30,293 bases of DNA from a virus. Lineage: Duplodnaviria > Caudoviricetes. The stretch is from the IMG/VR virus record IMGVR_UViG_3300042195_000142, positions 1-30,293 of that record, one strand, 5' to 3'. The notes beneath the pieces were generated by a model that was given only the letters and a program-made list of their open reading frames with translations, had not been told where the DNA came from and did no database searches. Of the stretch, positions 1 to 9,292 are shown in pieces (position 1 is the first letter of the stretch; each line of letters opens with the position of its first letter). The translations under genes were made by a program, and so were the position numbers.

Positions 1-155
<155 letters not shown>

Positions 156-162
156 AAGGCCA

Positions 163-197
163 GTGGGCGCAGGTCTCCTGGGAGGGCCTGCGCCCAC
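163..197. terminator. Hairpin between convergent genes, probable terminator
   Basis: Perfect 11-bp inverted repeat GTGGGCGCAGG (163-173) / CCTGCGCCCAC (187-197) between the plus-strand stop at 155 and the minus-strand stop at 200. Only a short U-run follows on the minus strand. Confidence 0.65.
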
Positions 198-199
198 GT

Positions 200-673
200 C
201 TATCGTGACCTGATCGTGTTGCCACCGCGAAGCCGCCGCAGGTGCAGGTACAGCCCGCAGTACGTCACCCCCGCAGCTATCGCGGCGTCCTTTGCCGTCA
301 TCCCACGAGCGATGCCCTCGAGCGCCCGCCGCAGCCATCGCGGCCCGCCGCGCGCGAGATGCGCTGCCAGGTCGTCCGCGTCGACGAGAGCCCGGTCCGC
401 GTCCGTCGGCTCCGTCAGGGGATCCGTGTCATCCAGGTCCACCGGGTGCGCGAGGTACCAGCGGCGGCGCTGAGACTGTGTCAGGCTCTTCCCGTAGGTG
501 GCCCGTAGGGCGTCGACCACCGCCCGGTACGCGCAGGTGTCCCGACGCAGCTTTTCGAGGAGCGCCTCGGAGGCGAGATCGTCGAGCTCGTCCACGTCGG
601 CCCACGGCGCGACGCGGCGTGCGACGCGGCGGAAGTCCCGCCAGTCTTTGAGCGTGATCTCACGCGCCGCCAT
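200..673 (-). CDS. Sigma-70/ECF-like factor (region 2-like plus region 4 HTH)
   Basis: DELDDLASEALL...YRAVVDALR resembles sigma region 2. GMTAKDAAIAAGVTYCGLYLHLRR is a C-terminal HTH. GGGGGGAG RBS lies upstream. Confidence 0.6.
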   Translation of the reverse strand: MAAREITLKDWRDFRRVARRVAPWADVDELDDLASEALLEKLRRDTCAYRAVVDALRATYGKSLTQSQRRRWYLAHPVDLDDTDPLTEPTDADRALVDADDLAAHLARGGPRWLRRALEGIARGMTAKDAAIAAGVTYCGLYLHLRRLRGGNTIRSR

Positions 674-745
674 GCTCCCCCCATCAGTGCCACTCGGACG
701 GGTCGACAGCGCGGTAGTCGTTGGTCAGGTTCTCGACGTAGCGGA

Positions 746-1195
746 TCATCGGACCACCCTCTCTGTTTCGCCGAGCGCCGAGCGCCCGGCATTGTGCAGC
801 GCCCCGACGCCGCGCTTGGCCCCGCGCAGACCCAGCCACCCGCCCGCGAGAGCGACACCGACAGCGGTCCAGAACTCGCCATCCGTCCACAGCGAGCGCT
901 TCTCGGGGCTCGTGATCGACCCGACCGCCACGTCCTTCAGCATGCTATTGATCTCGCCTGCGCTGACCCGCCCGTCACCGTCCGCGTCCCACGGCCCCGT
1001 CAGCGTCGACTCGAACCTCGCGCGGTCGGCCTCCGCCGTCGCGATCCGCGACTCCGTCCACTCCTGGATGCCGCGGACCTTCGCGTCGACGTCCGACAGG
1101 TACGCCTGCGTGCGCGTCGCGATGTCGTCGACTTTCGACAGCGTCGAGCAGCCACCGCAGAAGACCACGCACAGGACCAGCATCACGCATCGCAT
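746..1195 (-). CDS. Lipoprotein with EF-hand-like loop and C-terminal hydrophobic helix (unimolecular-spanin-like topology)
   Basis: Start moved to ATG 1195 (GGAGG upstream). MRCVMLVLCVVFCGG|C is a signal II/lipobox, DADGDGRVSAGE an EF-hand-like loop, and FWTAVGVALAGGWLGL a TM-like segment followed by basic residues. Confidence 0.6.
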   Translation of the reverse strand: MRCVMLVLCVVFCGGCSTLSKVDDIATRTQAYLSDVDAKVRGIQEWTESRIATAEADRARFESTLTGPWDADGDGRVSAGEINSMLKDVAVGSITSPEKRSLWTDGEFWTAVGVALAGGWLGLRGAKRGVGALHNAGRSALGETERVVR

Positions 1196-1298
1196 CCCAG
1201 CCTCCGGTATGCATCCTTCGCCAGACGATCCCTCACCGCGCGAGGAAGCCCCTGAAAGCACCTGACCGCCTCGCTGCCGCACGTCCTACACGTCGGGA

Positions 1299-1652
1299 TC
1301 ACGGCACCCACGTGTACGCGCCGAGCAGCGCCGTCGCGCGTTCCCACGTCACCGGGATCACCTCGGGCCCGTCGTCGGTGATGACGAGCTCGTACGCCCT
1401 CCGGCCCGTCAGGTCGGCGAGCGGCAGCGACCAGATCACGGAGCCGTCATGCTCGTCGCGCAGCTCCACCATCCCGGTGGCCGTGCCGTCGATCGCCACC
1501 ACGCGCGAGTTGAACCACACGTTGCCGTCGGCTGTCGCCGCGGCGTGGAACTGGTAGCGCGCCACCGCCGCCTGAGCGGATGAGCCGACGCTACCGCAGC
1601 CTGCCGTCACCACCGCGCTGGCCAGCAGCGCGAGCATCATCACGTATCGCAT
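1299..1652 (-). CDS. Predicted lipoprotein
   Basis: Start MRYVMMLALLASAVVTAG|C (lipobox TAGC) lies 6 nt after GAGGAG. The mature part is beta-rich. Confidence 0.65.
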   Translation of the reverse strand: MRYVMMLALLASAVVTAGCGSVGSSAQAAVARYQFHAAATADGNVWFNSRVVAIDGTATGMVELRDEHDGSVIWSLPLADLTGRRAYELVITDDGPEVIPVTWERATALLGAYTWVP

Positions 1653-1662
1653 CGTCATCTCC

Positions 1663-1923
1663 TCAGCAGTCGTCGTCATCGTCGTCATCGTCGTCCTGAT
1701 TCGACTCCATCGCCACTAGTAACCTGGACCGAGCCCACGTCGCCAACCCGACGCACGCTATGACAGCACCACTGTACTTCAGCAACGTGTCAGTCTGTGT
1801 CTCGTCGCCATTCAAGTCCTTAGTGGTCAGGAGCACGCTAGCGGTGAACCGAGTCTTGACCTCGTCGAACAGCTCGTCCAGCGTGTACTCGGACAGGAGC
1901 GACAGGCGCGCGTCGAAGCTCAT
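1663..1923 (-). CDS. Hypothetical protein with poly-Asp tail
   Basis: MSFDARLSLLSEYTLDELFDEVKTRF...NQDDDDDDDDDC. ATGA overlap with the upstream ORF. Confidence 0.65.
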   Translation of the reverse strand: MSFDARLSLLSEYTLDELFDEVKTRFTASVLLTTKDLNGDETQTDTLLKYSGAVIACVGLATWARSRLLVAMESNQDDDDDDDDDC

Positions 1924-2033
1924 CGTCTCGTCACCCATCGCCACAGCCGGCGCCACCACGACAGGCGCGGGCGCTCGCCGCTCTCCCATCCGTAGATGCG
2001 CAGGTCACGGTCGATCCGGACACGGCGGCTCAT
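1920..2033 (-). CDS. Small basic Trp/Arg-rich peptide (37 aa)
   Basis: MSRRVRIDRDLRIYGWESGERPRLSWWRRLWRWVTRR fills the gap exactly, with 4-nt overlaps at both ends. Confidence 0.45.
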   Translation of the reverse strand: MSRRVRIDRDLRIYGWESGERPRLSWWRRLWRWVTRR

Positions 2034-2272
2034 GTTATCGGCCCACCCGCCACCACTTTGCTTCTCACCGTGCCCTCGGCGCCGCACCAGACGCATCGCG
2101 TAGACAATCGCCGTTCGGCAAGTTGCTCTCCTGGATACAGGAACCCGCCACCGATGTTCTCGCCGCATGCGGAGCAGTACACCGTGTACAGGGTGTCCGC
2201 CTTCGGGAACCGCACCTTGCCGATCGGCGTCTCGACCTCATCAGGCAGATCCGCTCTGGGATCGTCGCTCAT
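2030..2272 (-). CDS. Small zinc-ribbon protein
   Basis: CSAC...CVWC Cys pairs. Start ATG 2272 overlaps the upstream stop. Confidence 0.6.
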   Translation of the reverse strand: MSDDPRADLPDEVETPIGKVRFPKADTLYTVYCSACGENIGGGFLYPGEQLAERRLSTRCVWCGAEGTVRSKVVAGGPIT

Positions 2273-2514
2273 TTCGGCCACTCTGCCATGGCCGCGTTCA
2301 CCCGCGCTTTGTGCAGCGCGATGAACGCGTCCTCCGACGCCGCTTCCGACCGCGACGTCGTCACCGTCACCGTCATCCCACCGCTCTGCCATGTGTGTGT
2401 CAGCATCCGTGTCCTCATCTCGATCCGGCCCAACACCGCCCCGTGATACCACCACGTTGCGGCGGTCGATGACAGAACCAACACCGTAAGTCCGATCGCG
2501 AGTCTGCGGCCCAT
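2269..2514 (-). CDS. Small protein with N-terminal membrane anchor or signal
   Basis: MGRRLAIGLTVLVLSSTAATWWY hydrophobic N-terminus. Confidence 0.55.
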   Translation of the reverse strand: MGRRLAIGLTVLVLSSTAATWWYHGAVLGRIEMRTRMLTHTWQSGGMTVTVTTSRSEAASEDAFIALHKARVNAAMAEWPK

Positions 2515-2558
2515 ACCACCTTGGATCCAGACCGCGCCACGATCCTACACCCCTTTCC

Positions 2559-2795
2559 TCACTTTTTCGCCTCCAGCGCGGACAACCGCTCGCGGATGCC
2601 CGCCATCTGCTCCCGCATCCCGGACAGTTCGCGCTTCATCTCTCGTACGTCCGAGCCGATGACGCTGACGCTGGCGTCCGTGCGCGTCCACATCACGACG
2701 TTGCTCACGATCGCGCCGACGAACACGACCACGAGCCCGAGGCTCATGCGGCTCTGTGGCGTCAGCGTGTGCGTCTTCGTCGTGTCCACCATCAT
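2559..2795 (-). CDS. Single-TM plus coiled-coil small membrane protein (holin/spanin-type candidate)
   Basis: TM LGLVVVFVGAIVSNVVMW, then heptads VREMKRELSGMREQMAGIRERLSALE. Coupled to the stop of the giant virion protein gene. Confidence 0.6.
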   Translation of the reverse strand: MMVDTTKTHTLTPQSRMSLGLVVVFVGAIVSNVVMWTRTDASVSVIGSDVREMKRELSGMREQMAGIRERLSALEAKK

Positions 2796-5700
2796 CGCCT
2801 CGTGATTCCAAACCGTGACTCCAACCCAACCCTGGTGCGTTGCTGCGCCTCGACGTCAGCGATCAGGGCCTGGATGGATTCGATGTCATCCACCTGCGTC
2901 GGCGTCTCCTTGTCCAGCAGCCGCTTCTTCAGGAGTCCGCGCAAGCGGCTCCGCTGGCTCTCCTGTCGCGCCCGCTTAAACGCCAGCCGTTGATCGACGT
3001 CCGCTTCCGCTTCCCTCGCCGGCACCACACTGAACGGCGACGCGAGCAGTTGACCTAACTGGAGATCCCCGTCCGGGCCCACTGTCGGAAGCAACGGGCC
3101 CCGGTCGATCAGACGATCAGCGCCCACCACGTTGAGCTTGTCGAGAGAGGACAGCACCCGGACGTTGTCGATCAGGTCAGCCCAGAAGGCCGGCATCGAC
3201 ACCCCGAAGCGCTCCTTGCGCTCGCCCTTAAACCGCGTCTTCTCGCGGCCGGAGTAGAAGTCCCAGCCGGCCATGCTCTCCAGTGGGATCTTGAACACCG
3301 GGGAAAGCTGCGACCCCAGCGCTTCGCCGACGTCGCCGACGCCCTCTCCGGAGAACGCCTTCAGAACGGCGTCCGTCAGCGGCGCGATCGCACCGATGGG
3401 CAGTGACGACCCGAGCAGCATGAACGACGGGTTGCCTTCGGCGTCCTTACCGGTCGCCACGCCGAAGTTCTCGCGGATGAACTCGGGAACCGCCTGCTGG
3501 TACTCTGACTCGGTCTTGAGCCCGGTCATGCCGCGAGCTGAACGGATGATCTTGTCCCAGACCGTGACCGTCCCCGGTTTGGACAGGAACGCTTGGGCCT
3601 CAGTCTTGAACGCCCACTTCGTGAACGTGTAGAAGGGGATGAATCGGCGCAGCCGGTAGCGCTCGAAGCTGGTGAGGTTGCGACCGGCTCGAGAGTCATA
3701 CGTCCACTTCCTGACGTGGTCGATGGCGTCGTCGATCGACGCCCCGGCCTTCATGTCGCCAAGCACGCCAAGGATCTTCGTGTGGTTGTCCAGGAACTCC
3801 GAGACCTTGAACGCCGGGCTGATGATCGCGTCATGGGCCGTCGCCAAGGGGCCGAGCAGCCGCCCAGAGACCGGGCCAAGCGCCGCCGGGTTGTCCTTCA
3901 GCACGTCCATGGCGCCAAGCGTGATCTCGTCGCGGAAGAAGCCGCTGTTCAGCACACCCTTCTCGTGCAAGATGCTGAACAACTCACGCCCGGTGATGGT
4001 CGATCCATCCCCCGCCTTGATCGTCATGGCCGTGAGCTTGGCAAGTGCGTTATCGTCGCCTGCCAGGGCGGCGCCCACGTGCCTCGTGAGCCGCCCTGCC
4101 TCGCCCATTGACGCGAACATGCCGCGCATGCTCACGCCGCCCTGCTGGAGCAGTAGCACGTTCGACACCCAGTCACGCGCGCGAGACTGCGGGAACGGCA
4201 ACGCCGTCCACACCTTCCAGGAGTTGGTGAAGGAGTCCAGAAGCTTGATGGCTTGCGAGCCGCCCCAGGAGTCGGCTGTGTGGAGCCGCTCGAGGACCCC
4301 ATGTTTGCCGAACAGGTTCTTCGCGACGTCCGCGTCGAGAAACTTGACCGTCTTGTCGGGGAACCGGGCAGCTAGCGTGGCGAAGCGCTCCGGGTCCGCC
4401 CCGGCAAGCTCGGTCAGGGCGGTGTGGCCTTGGCGCTTCTGCTGCAAGGCGATTGCGAACTCGTCGGCGAACTCCCCGGCGTCCATCCGCCGGTTGACGA
4501 TCTCGGTCAGCCGCTGTTTGCCTTCCTTGGTGCCGGCACGAATGGCGGATATGAACTCCTCGCGTGCCGTTCGCAGTTCGCTCATTTCCTGGCGGATCGC
4601 GTCGGACTCGGCCTTGATCTTCAAGTTGAGCTGGCCGAACAGGGTGTCTCCGGATGCGTCGTCCACGAACCCCACGTCCTTGAGCCGGCGTAGGTCGCCT
4701 GCTGTCCGCAACTGCTGCGCCTCGTCAGACAGCCGGCCGTGCTCCTCCTTCAGCGCCTTCAGCTTCTGCCCGGCCGGCGTGGCCGGCACCGTGTCCGCGA
4801 GCTTCCTTGGGCTCATCGAGGTCAGCGACAAGTCGCCACGCAAGCCGTCGATCACGTCATTCACCGCCCGGCGCTGGCTGATGATCTGCTCGCTCGTGTG
4901 CCGGCTGAGCGCAGCCTTGGCGATCACACCGCGCGCCTGGTTCTCGTTGCTCATAGCGACCGACGTCGCCCGCCCCGGCGTAAGCTCCTGAAAGCGAGCT
5001 CCACCGAGGTCCAAGAACCCGACCAAGTTGTCCTCGCTCAACATCTTGCCGAGCCCGGCCGGATCCAGCTCGCCGAGCCGCTTGCTTGCCATGACCATCA
5101 GGGAGTCATCGCCGAACACGCTCTGGTAGAACCCGAGCTTGCCACGCAGGTTGGCGTCCGCCTCCAAGCGCCGGTACCAGCGGTGCAGCGGGTTGGTCGA
5201 GAAGAAGGAGGCGGCATCGTAGTCGCCAAGCTCTTGCAACTGGCGGACGAACTTCAGGTCGAACACCTTGGCGATCGTGTCCTGCGCCTTGTCGATACCC
5301 GACAGCTTGGCGAATCCCGTCTTGCGCGTTCCCAGCTCGCGCATCATGGCGTTGACCTCGAAACTCGTCAGCGACGTGAACTTGCGGCCCCTCATGAACC
5401 CCGCCACGAAGCCCGAGGCGTTGCCCTTCAAGCTGTTCGAGAACTTGCCGAACTTGCTGTCGATCAGCTCGCGGCCTGCGGCGCTCAGGTCGCGCGGGAC
5501 GTAGAGCTCCGAGATCATGCCGAGGAAGCCGTCGGCCACGTCCTTCTGACCGACGTGCTCCATCAGGGTGCGACCCTGAGAGATGAAGTCGTCGATGTCT
5601 CTAAGTGACACCTTCTCGCCAGCTTTCCCGGCGATCTCCCCCTTCTCGATCCTCCCCTTGATGGACCGGTACAGGTTCAATGCCGCCGTCTTGGTGGCTT

Positions 5701-7159
5701 CGACCACGCCACGGGTCGCGCCCTTCGTCTCCAGAGCGGTCGCGGCGCGCCCGAGCGTTCCGGGCGATGACGCCGGGGTGATGACGTCCGCGATCCGCTC
5801 GTCGGTGGCGTCGCCGAATAGGAAGCGGGTGTCGTCTGGCGTGTCGATGCCTGGCCGCACCTCGGACCCGACGCGCCCGTCGCGCATGAAGTCCAGCGCT
5901 TCATCCGGCAGCCGCGCGTCCGGGAACGCAACCATCCACGCCGTTGCCGCGGTGTCGAAGGCTTCGACGTCACCGGCGTCGATCGCCGTCGTCATGGCTG
6001 CGCGAAGCCTGAAAGCGTTTGCGCTCTGCGTCTCCATGATGCCGGCCGGCACCGGCGTCTTCGCGTGGACACCCTGTCCGAGCAGCCGGTCGCGCCGCCA
6101 GTTGGCCTTGGCGTAGGTAACCCCGTGCGTGACCGCGTTCTCAAAGGCCAGCGCGTCGTCGAGCTTGGTCACCCCCAGTTCGGTCGCCAGCACGACCAGG
6201 TCGGCGACCTCCTTGTCCTTAAGCGCCAGCTTTCCGACGTCGCTGTTGGCGGCCCGCCGGATCAACGGGATGAACTCCGACTGCCACTTGGCGACCGTTT
6301 CATCCCCCTTGTCCAAGGCGCCGCGCGCCAGCTCGCGCATGACCGATCCGGATACCTTCACGTTCCCGTCGGCATCAACCACCCGGGAGACCGCGCCGAC
6401 CCGCGAGAAGCGGTTAGCCAAGGCCGCCGTCGGCGCGAAGCTGTTGAAGACGTCCACCGTGCGCTCGAGCGTCTTCGCCAGCGGCACGTCGAGCGCCTTG
6501 AACGGCAGCATCAGGTAGCCGGTGTTCACGAACGGGATGCCGAACGTCAGGAAGGCCGACTGCGCACCCTTCACCGCCTGCTCGGTCAGCCCGACGCCGC
6601 TCTTGAACGCCTGCTCGAGAAGCTGCTTGCGCGCAGGAGCGGCAAGAGCCTTGCCTGCTGCGCCCACTTTCGCGAACGGGAACAGGAATGTCGACGGATC
6701 GGTGAGGATCTCGCCTGCGAGGTTGATGAGGACATTGCTCCAGCCCTCTCTGGCGTCGGCCGATCCGAACGCTTCGCGGACTTCGGCGAAGTCGGTGTCG
6801 TCCACGATGTCCACGCCGGGCAGGATGTCCAGGATCTGGAAGAGAGGGTTGTTCTGGAGGAAGCCTCCAATGGCGCCAAGAACCCCGCCCTCGCCGGCGC
6901 CCTTCAGGCCGCCCTTGATCGCCTGACCGAACAGCAGCCGATCCGGGATCTGGAGGAGCTTGAAGAAGAAGTTGGTCTCCTCGTCGTCCTGCCGCCGTTG
7001 CGCCTCCAAGACGTCCGCCTCCTGCGGCATGAGCGAGGCCAAGGGATCCCGCGTCGCCGAAAGCTGGCTGCGCAGCAGCGACCCCAGGTTGGGCAGGCGC
7101 ACCGCCGTCGGTTGCGACAGGGCGCGCTGAGCCTGGAGGATCTCTTGGAGAGTCGGCAC
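2792..7159 (-). CDS. Giant internal virion / DNA ejection protein (1455 aa) with LPD38-like C-terminal region
   Basis: Last of the podovirus-like internal-protein block; helical, Ala/Gly-rich and Cys-free. The C-terminal FIPFYTF...VPEFIRE...LSPVFKIPLESMAGWDFYSGR resembles large-polyvalent-protein domains. GTG start. Confidence 0.7.
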   Translation of the reverse strand: MPTLQEILQAQRALSQPTAVRLPNLGSLLRSQLSATRDPLASLMPQEADVLEAQRRQDDEETNFFFKLLQIPDRLLFGQAIKGGLKGAGEGGVLGAIGGFLQNNPLFQILDILPGVDIVDDTDFAEVREAFGSADAREGWSNVLINLAGEILTDPSTFLFPFAKVGAAGKALAAPARKQLLEQAFKSGVGLTEQAVKGAQSAFLTFGIPFVNTGYLMLPFKALDVPLAKTLERTVDVFNSFAPTAALANRFSRVGAVSRVVDADGNVKVSGSVMRELARGALDKGDETVAKWQSEFIPLIRRAANSDVGKLALKDKEVADLVVLATELGVTKLDDALAFENAVTHGVTYAKANWRRDRLLGQGVHAKTPVPAGIMETQSANAFRLRAAMTTAIDAGDVEAFDTAATAWMVAFPDARLPDEALDFMRDGRVGSEVRPGIDTPDDTRFLFGDATDERIADVITPASSPGTLGRAATALETKGATRGVVEATKTAALNLYRSIKGRIEKGEIAGKAGEKVSLRDIDDFISQGRTLMEHVGQKDVADGFLGMISELYVPRDLSAAGRELIDSKFGKFSNSLKGNASGFVAGFMRGRKFTSLTSFEVNAMMRELGTRKTGFAKLSGIDKAQDTIAKVFDLKFVRQLQELGDYDAASFFSTNPLHRWYRRLEADANLRGKLGFYQSVFGDDSLMVMASKRLGELDPAGLGKMLSEDNLVGFLDLGGARFQELTPGRATSVAMSNENQARGVIAKAALSRHTSEQIISQRRAVNDVIDGLRGDLSLTSMSPRKLADTVPATPAGQKLKALKEEHGRLSDEAQQLRTAGDLRRLKDVGFVDDASGDTLFGQLNLKIKAESDAIRQEMSELRTAREEFISAIRAGTKEGKQRLTEIVNRRMDAGEFADEFAIALQQKRQGHTALTELAGADPERFATLAARFPDKTVKFLDADVAKNLFGKHGVLERLHTADSWGGSQAIKLLDSFTNSWKVWTALPFPQSRARDWVSNVLLLQQGGVSMRGMFASMGEAGRLTRHVGAALAGDDNALAKLTAMTIKAGDGSTITGRELFSILHEKGVLNSGFFRDEITLGAMDVLKDNPAALGPVSGRLLGPLATAHDAIISPAFKVSEFLDNHTKILGVLGDMKAGASIDDAIDHVRKWTYDSRAGRNLTSFERYRLRRFIPFYTFTKWAFKTEAQAFLSKPGTVTVWDKIIRSARGMTGLKTESEYQQAVPEFIRENFGVATGKDAEGNPSFMLLGSSLPIGAIAPLTDAVLKAFSGEGVGDVGEALGSQLSPVFKIPLESMAGWDFYSGREKTRFKGERKERFGVSMPAFWADLIDNVRVLSSLDKLNVVGADRLIDRGPLLPTVGPDGDLQLGQLLASPFSVVPAREAEADVDQRLAFKRARQESQRSRLRGLLKKRLLDKETPTQVDDIESIQALIADVEAQQRTRVGLESRFGITRR
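4168..4217 (+). repeat. 50-bp exact direct repeat, copy 1 (inside the ejection protein gene)
   Basis: CCCAGTCACGCGCGCGAGACTGCGGGAACGGCAACGCCGTCCACACCTTC, identical to 29639-29688. Confidence 0.97.
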
Positions 7160-7162
7160 GTT

Positions 7163-7831
7163 CTACTGCAATCCCGAGATGAACTGGGCGAGCGCCGCGA
7201 GCGCCGCTTGGAAGGGGGCCGGGTTGATGGCGGCACCAGGCCCGCCACCAGGCTGGCCAGCGAACGAGACGAGCGGCGTGCCGCCCGTGAACAATGACTG
7301 GATCGGCGCCAGCGCCTGGATCAAGGGGTCGAGGCCACCGAACGCTTGGCTCAGCCCTTGCTGGAATGTGATCTGACCAGGGTTGAACGGCGCCAACGGC
7401 GAGCCTGCGAACGGTAGGCCACCAGAGAACGCGGGAGCGATCGGTGAGCCCACAGGCGCGTTGACGCCCAGCCCACTGAACAGGCTGTTGAGCCCGCCAA
7501 ACGACTGGGATGCGTTTTGCAGCAGGGTGCTCAAGAGCAGGGCCTGGTTCAAGACACCCGGACTTGGGTTGCCGCCAGGCTGCGGCGCTGGCGTGCTCGC
7601 AGGCTGGGACGGAGCCGCCTGATCCGCCGGCTGGAAGAACGGGGGAAGTGGCGGGCGGTCGAAGACGTCGGGGACCGCCGCGGGCGCCGGAGCCTGCTGT
7701 GCCTGTGGTTCGTTCGCCGCAGCCTGGCGGCCACCACGCGTAGGACTCGCCACCTGCCCGGTGAGAGCGCCGAACGGATTCGTGGCCTGCGCCAAAAGCT
7801 GGCCGGTGATGATGTCCAGAGGTGTTGCCAT
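7163..7831 (-). CDS. Low-complexity Q/P/A/G/F-rich putative internal virion protein
   Basis: 222 aa, AAGGA RBS, no Lys/His/Trp/Cys/Tyr. Lies within the ejection-protein block. Confidence 0.65.
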   Translation of the reverse strand: MATPLDIITGQLLAQATNPFGALTGQVASPTRGGRQAAANEPQAQQAPAPAAVPDVFDRPPLPPFFQPADQAAPSQPASTPAPQPGGNPSPGVLNQALLLSTLLQNASQSFGGLNSLFSGLGVNAPVGSPIAPAFSGGLPFAGSPLAPFNPGQITFQQGLSQAFGGLDPLIQALAPIQSLFTGGTPLVSFAGQPGGGPGAAINPAPFQAALAALAQFISGLQ

Positions 7832-7840
7832 GTCGTGTCC

Positions 7841-9274
7841 TTAACGTGGTAGCCCCAGCGGTGTGATCGGCACAACCCGGCCAGGCGCAGAGAGGAAGCG
7901 TTCGATGGCCTTTACCACCTGAGCTCGCGTTGCTGCGTGTGGGATCACCTTGTCATCGATGGCCTTCTGGAGGAACTCTTTGGCGCCTTGGTCGGTCTTG
8001 AACTCGTCGTTGTACAGGGACTTGAGCGTGTTGTGCTGCCGCTCTCGACCAAGTTCCTTGGCCGTCGGAAGCAACTCGACTGTGCCGTCAGCCGTCGCGT
8101 AGACGAACCACTTGCCATGACCGGCGTTGTAGGCGTCGACCACCGCTGCCGGCGTTGCCATTTCGCGACCACCGCGTGTCGCTTCGTCCACCGCCTTGCG
8201 CATCTCGTTTTTGGTGGCGCCGCCATTGATTGCCGGGGACACCATGTCGTCTACGTTCGCAGGCGGCTCCGGTGCCGGCTCCCCAAGGCCCGGTTCCCGC
8301 AAGCCGAAGCGGCTTTCCTGGGTCCCGGCACCTTGTCCCCTCCCGTGCCTCAGCATCCGCAGCAGGTCGATGTTTTGGCTTTCCTCCTCCAGGCGCGCCA
8401 AGCGCTTGCGGGCCACTTCCAACTCCGCTTCCGAGAAGGTCCCGGAGAAGACGTCCTTGGCGATCTTGATGGCCTCCTCTGCACGCTGCTCGTTGGCCTC
8501 CAGCTCTTGATCGCTCCCGCCACCATGGAGCACGGCGCTGGAGCGCTCGGCCAGCGGTTTCATGACCTTGAAGAAGGTGTTGAGTGTGCCCTGGATCTGC
8601 CCTTGCGGCACACCTTGAGAGGCCAACACGGCGGCCAGGTTCTGTTGCTGCTCGGCCAGCGACTGCTCGCGCCCGAGGTAGCTATTGAGCTGGGCCATCT
8701 GGGTCGTGAACTTGGCTTGTCGATTCTCTGAGGCGAGCGCATCGGCGCGCTGCCGCGTCAGCTCGATCTCGCGGCGGATGTCCTGCTGCTCCTTGGCCGC
8801 GCGGTCAGCCACGCGAACCTCTTCGCGTTCTTGGCGGCCGCGTTGCTCCTCGCCCAGCCGGAACGCTTGGGTCTCGGAGCGCTCACGCCGCTGCTCGCCG
8901 AGCGTGTCGCGGAACCGCGCTTCCTCGCGCGCTCCTTGAAGCGTACGGAAGGCGCGGTCCTCCTGGACCTGCGCGGCATCGAGCGCGTCCTTGGCGACCT
9001 GCCGCTCGATACCCATCCTGGAAAGGTCGAGCTGACGGGTGCGCGCCTCCTGTTCTAAGCGCTCGCCCTCTTGCAGCCGCCGCTGCTCGGACCGCCGGAA
9101 CGCCACGTCCTCAGAGCGCTGCTCGGCCTTCTCTGTCCGCTCCTGCTGGCGCTCGAACGCTTGGCGCCGGTCGCTCTCGTGGCGAACCTGCAACTCCCTG
9201 GATTGGGCGATGTTGGGCCCGAGGAAGCGAGAAGCTTCGGTGAACTGCTGAAGTGCCGGACCGAGGTCAGCCAT
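7841..9274 (-). CDS. Internal virion/ejection protein with long E/R/Q coiled coil
   Basis: 477 aa, GGAGG RBS, N-terminal half is a charged coiled coil, no Cys. Confidence 0.7.
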   Translation of the reverse strand: MADLGPALQQFTEASRFLGPNIAQSRELQVRHESDRRQAFERQQERTEKAEQRSEDVAFRRSEQRRLQEGERLEQEARTRQLDLSRMGIERQVAKDALDAAQVQEDRAFRTLQGAREEARFRDTLGEQRRERSETQAFRLGEEQRGRQEREEVRVADRAAKEQQDIRREIELTRQRADALASENRQAKFTTQMAQLNSYLGREQSLAEQQQNLAAVLASQGVPQGQIQGTLNTFFKVMKPLAERSSAVLHGGGSDQELEANEQRAEEAIKIAKDVFSGTFSEAELEVARKRLARLEEESQNIDLLRMLRHGRGQGAGTQESRFGLREPGLGEPAPEPPANVDDMVSPAINGGATKNEMRKAVDEATRGGREMATPAAVVDAYNAGHGKWFVYATADGTVELLPTAKELGRERQHNTLKSLYNDEFKTDQGAKEFLQKAIDDKVIPHAATRAQVVKAIERFLSAPGRVVPITPLGLPR

Positions 9275-9292
9275 GATCGTGCCTCCGCATCA

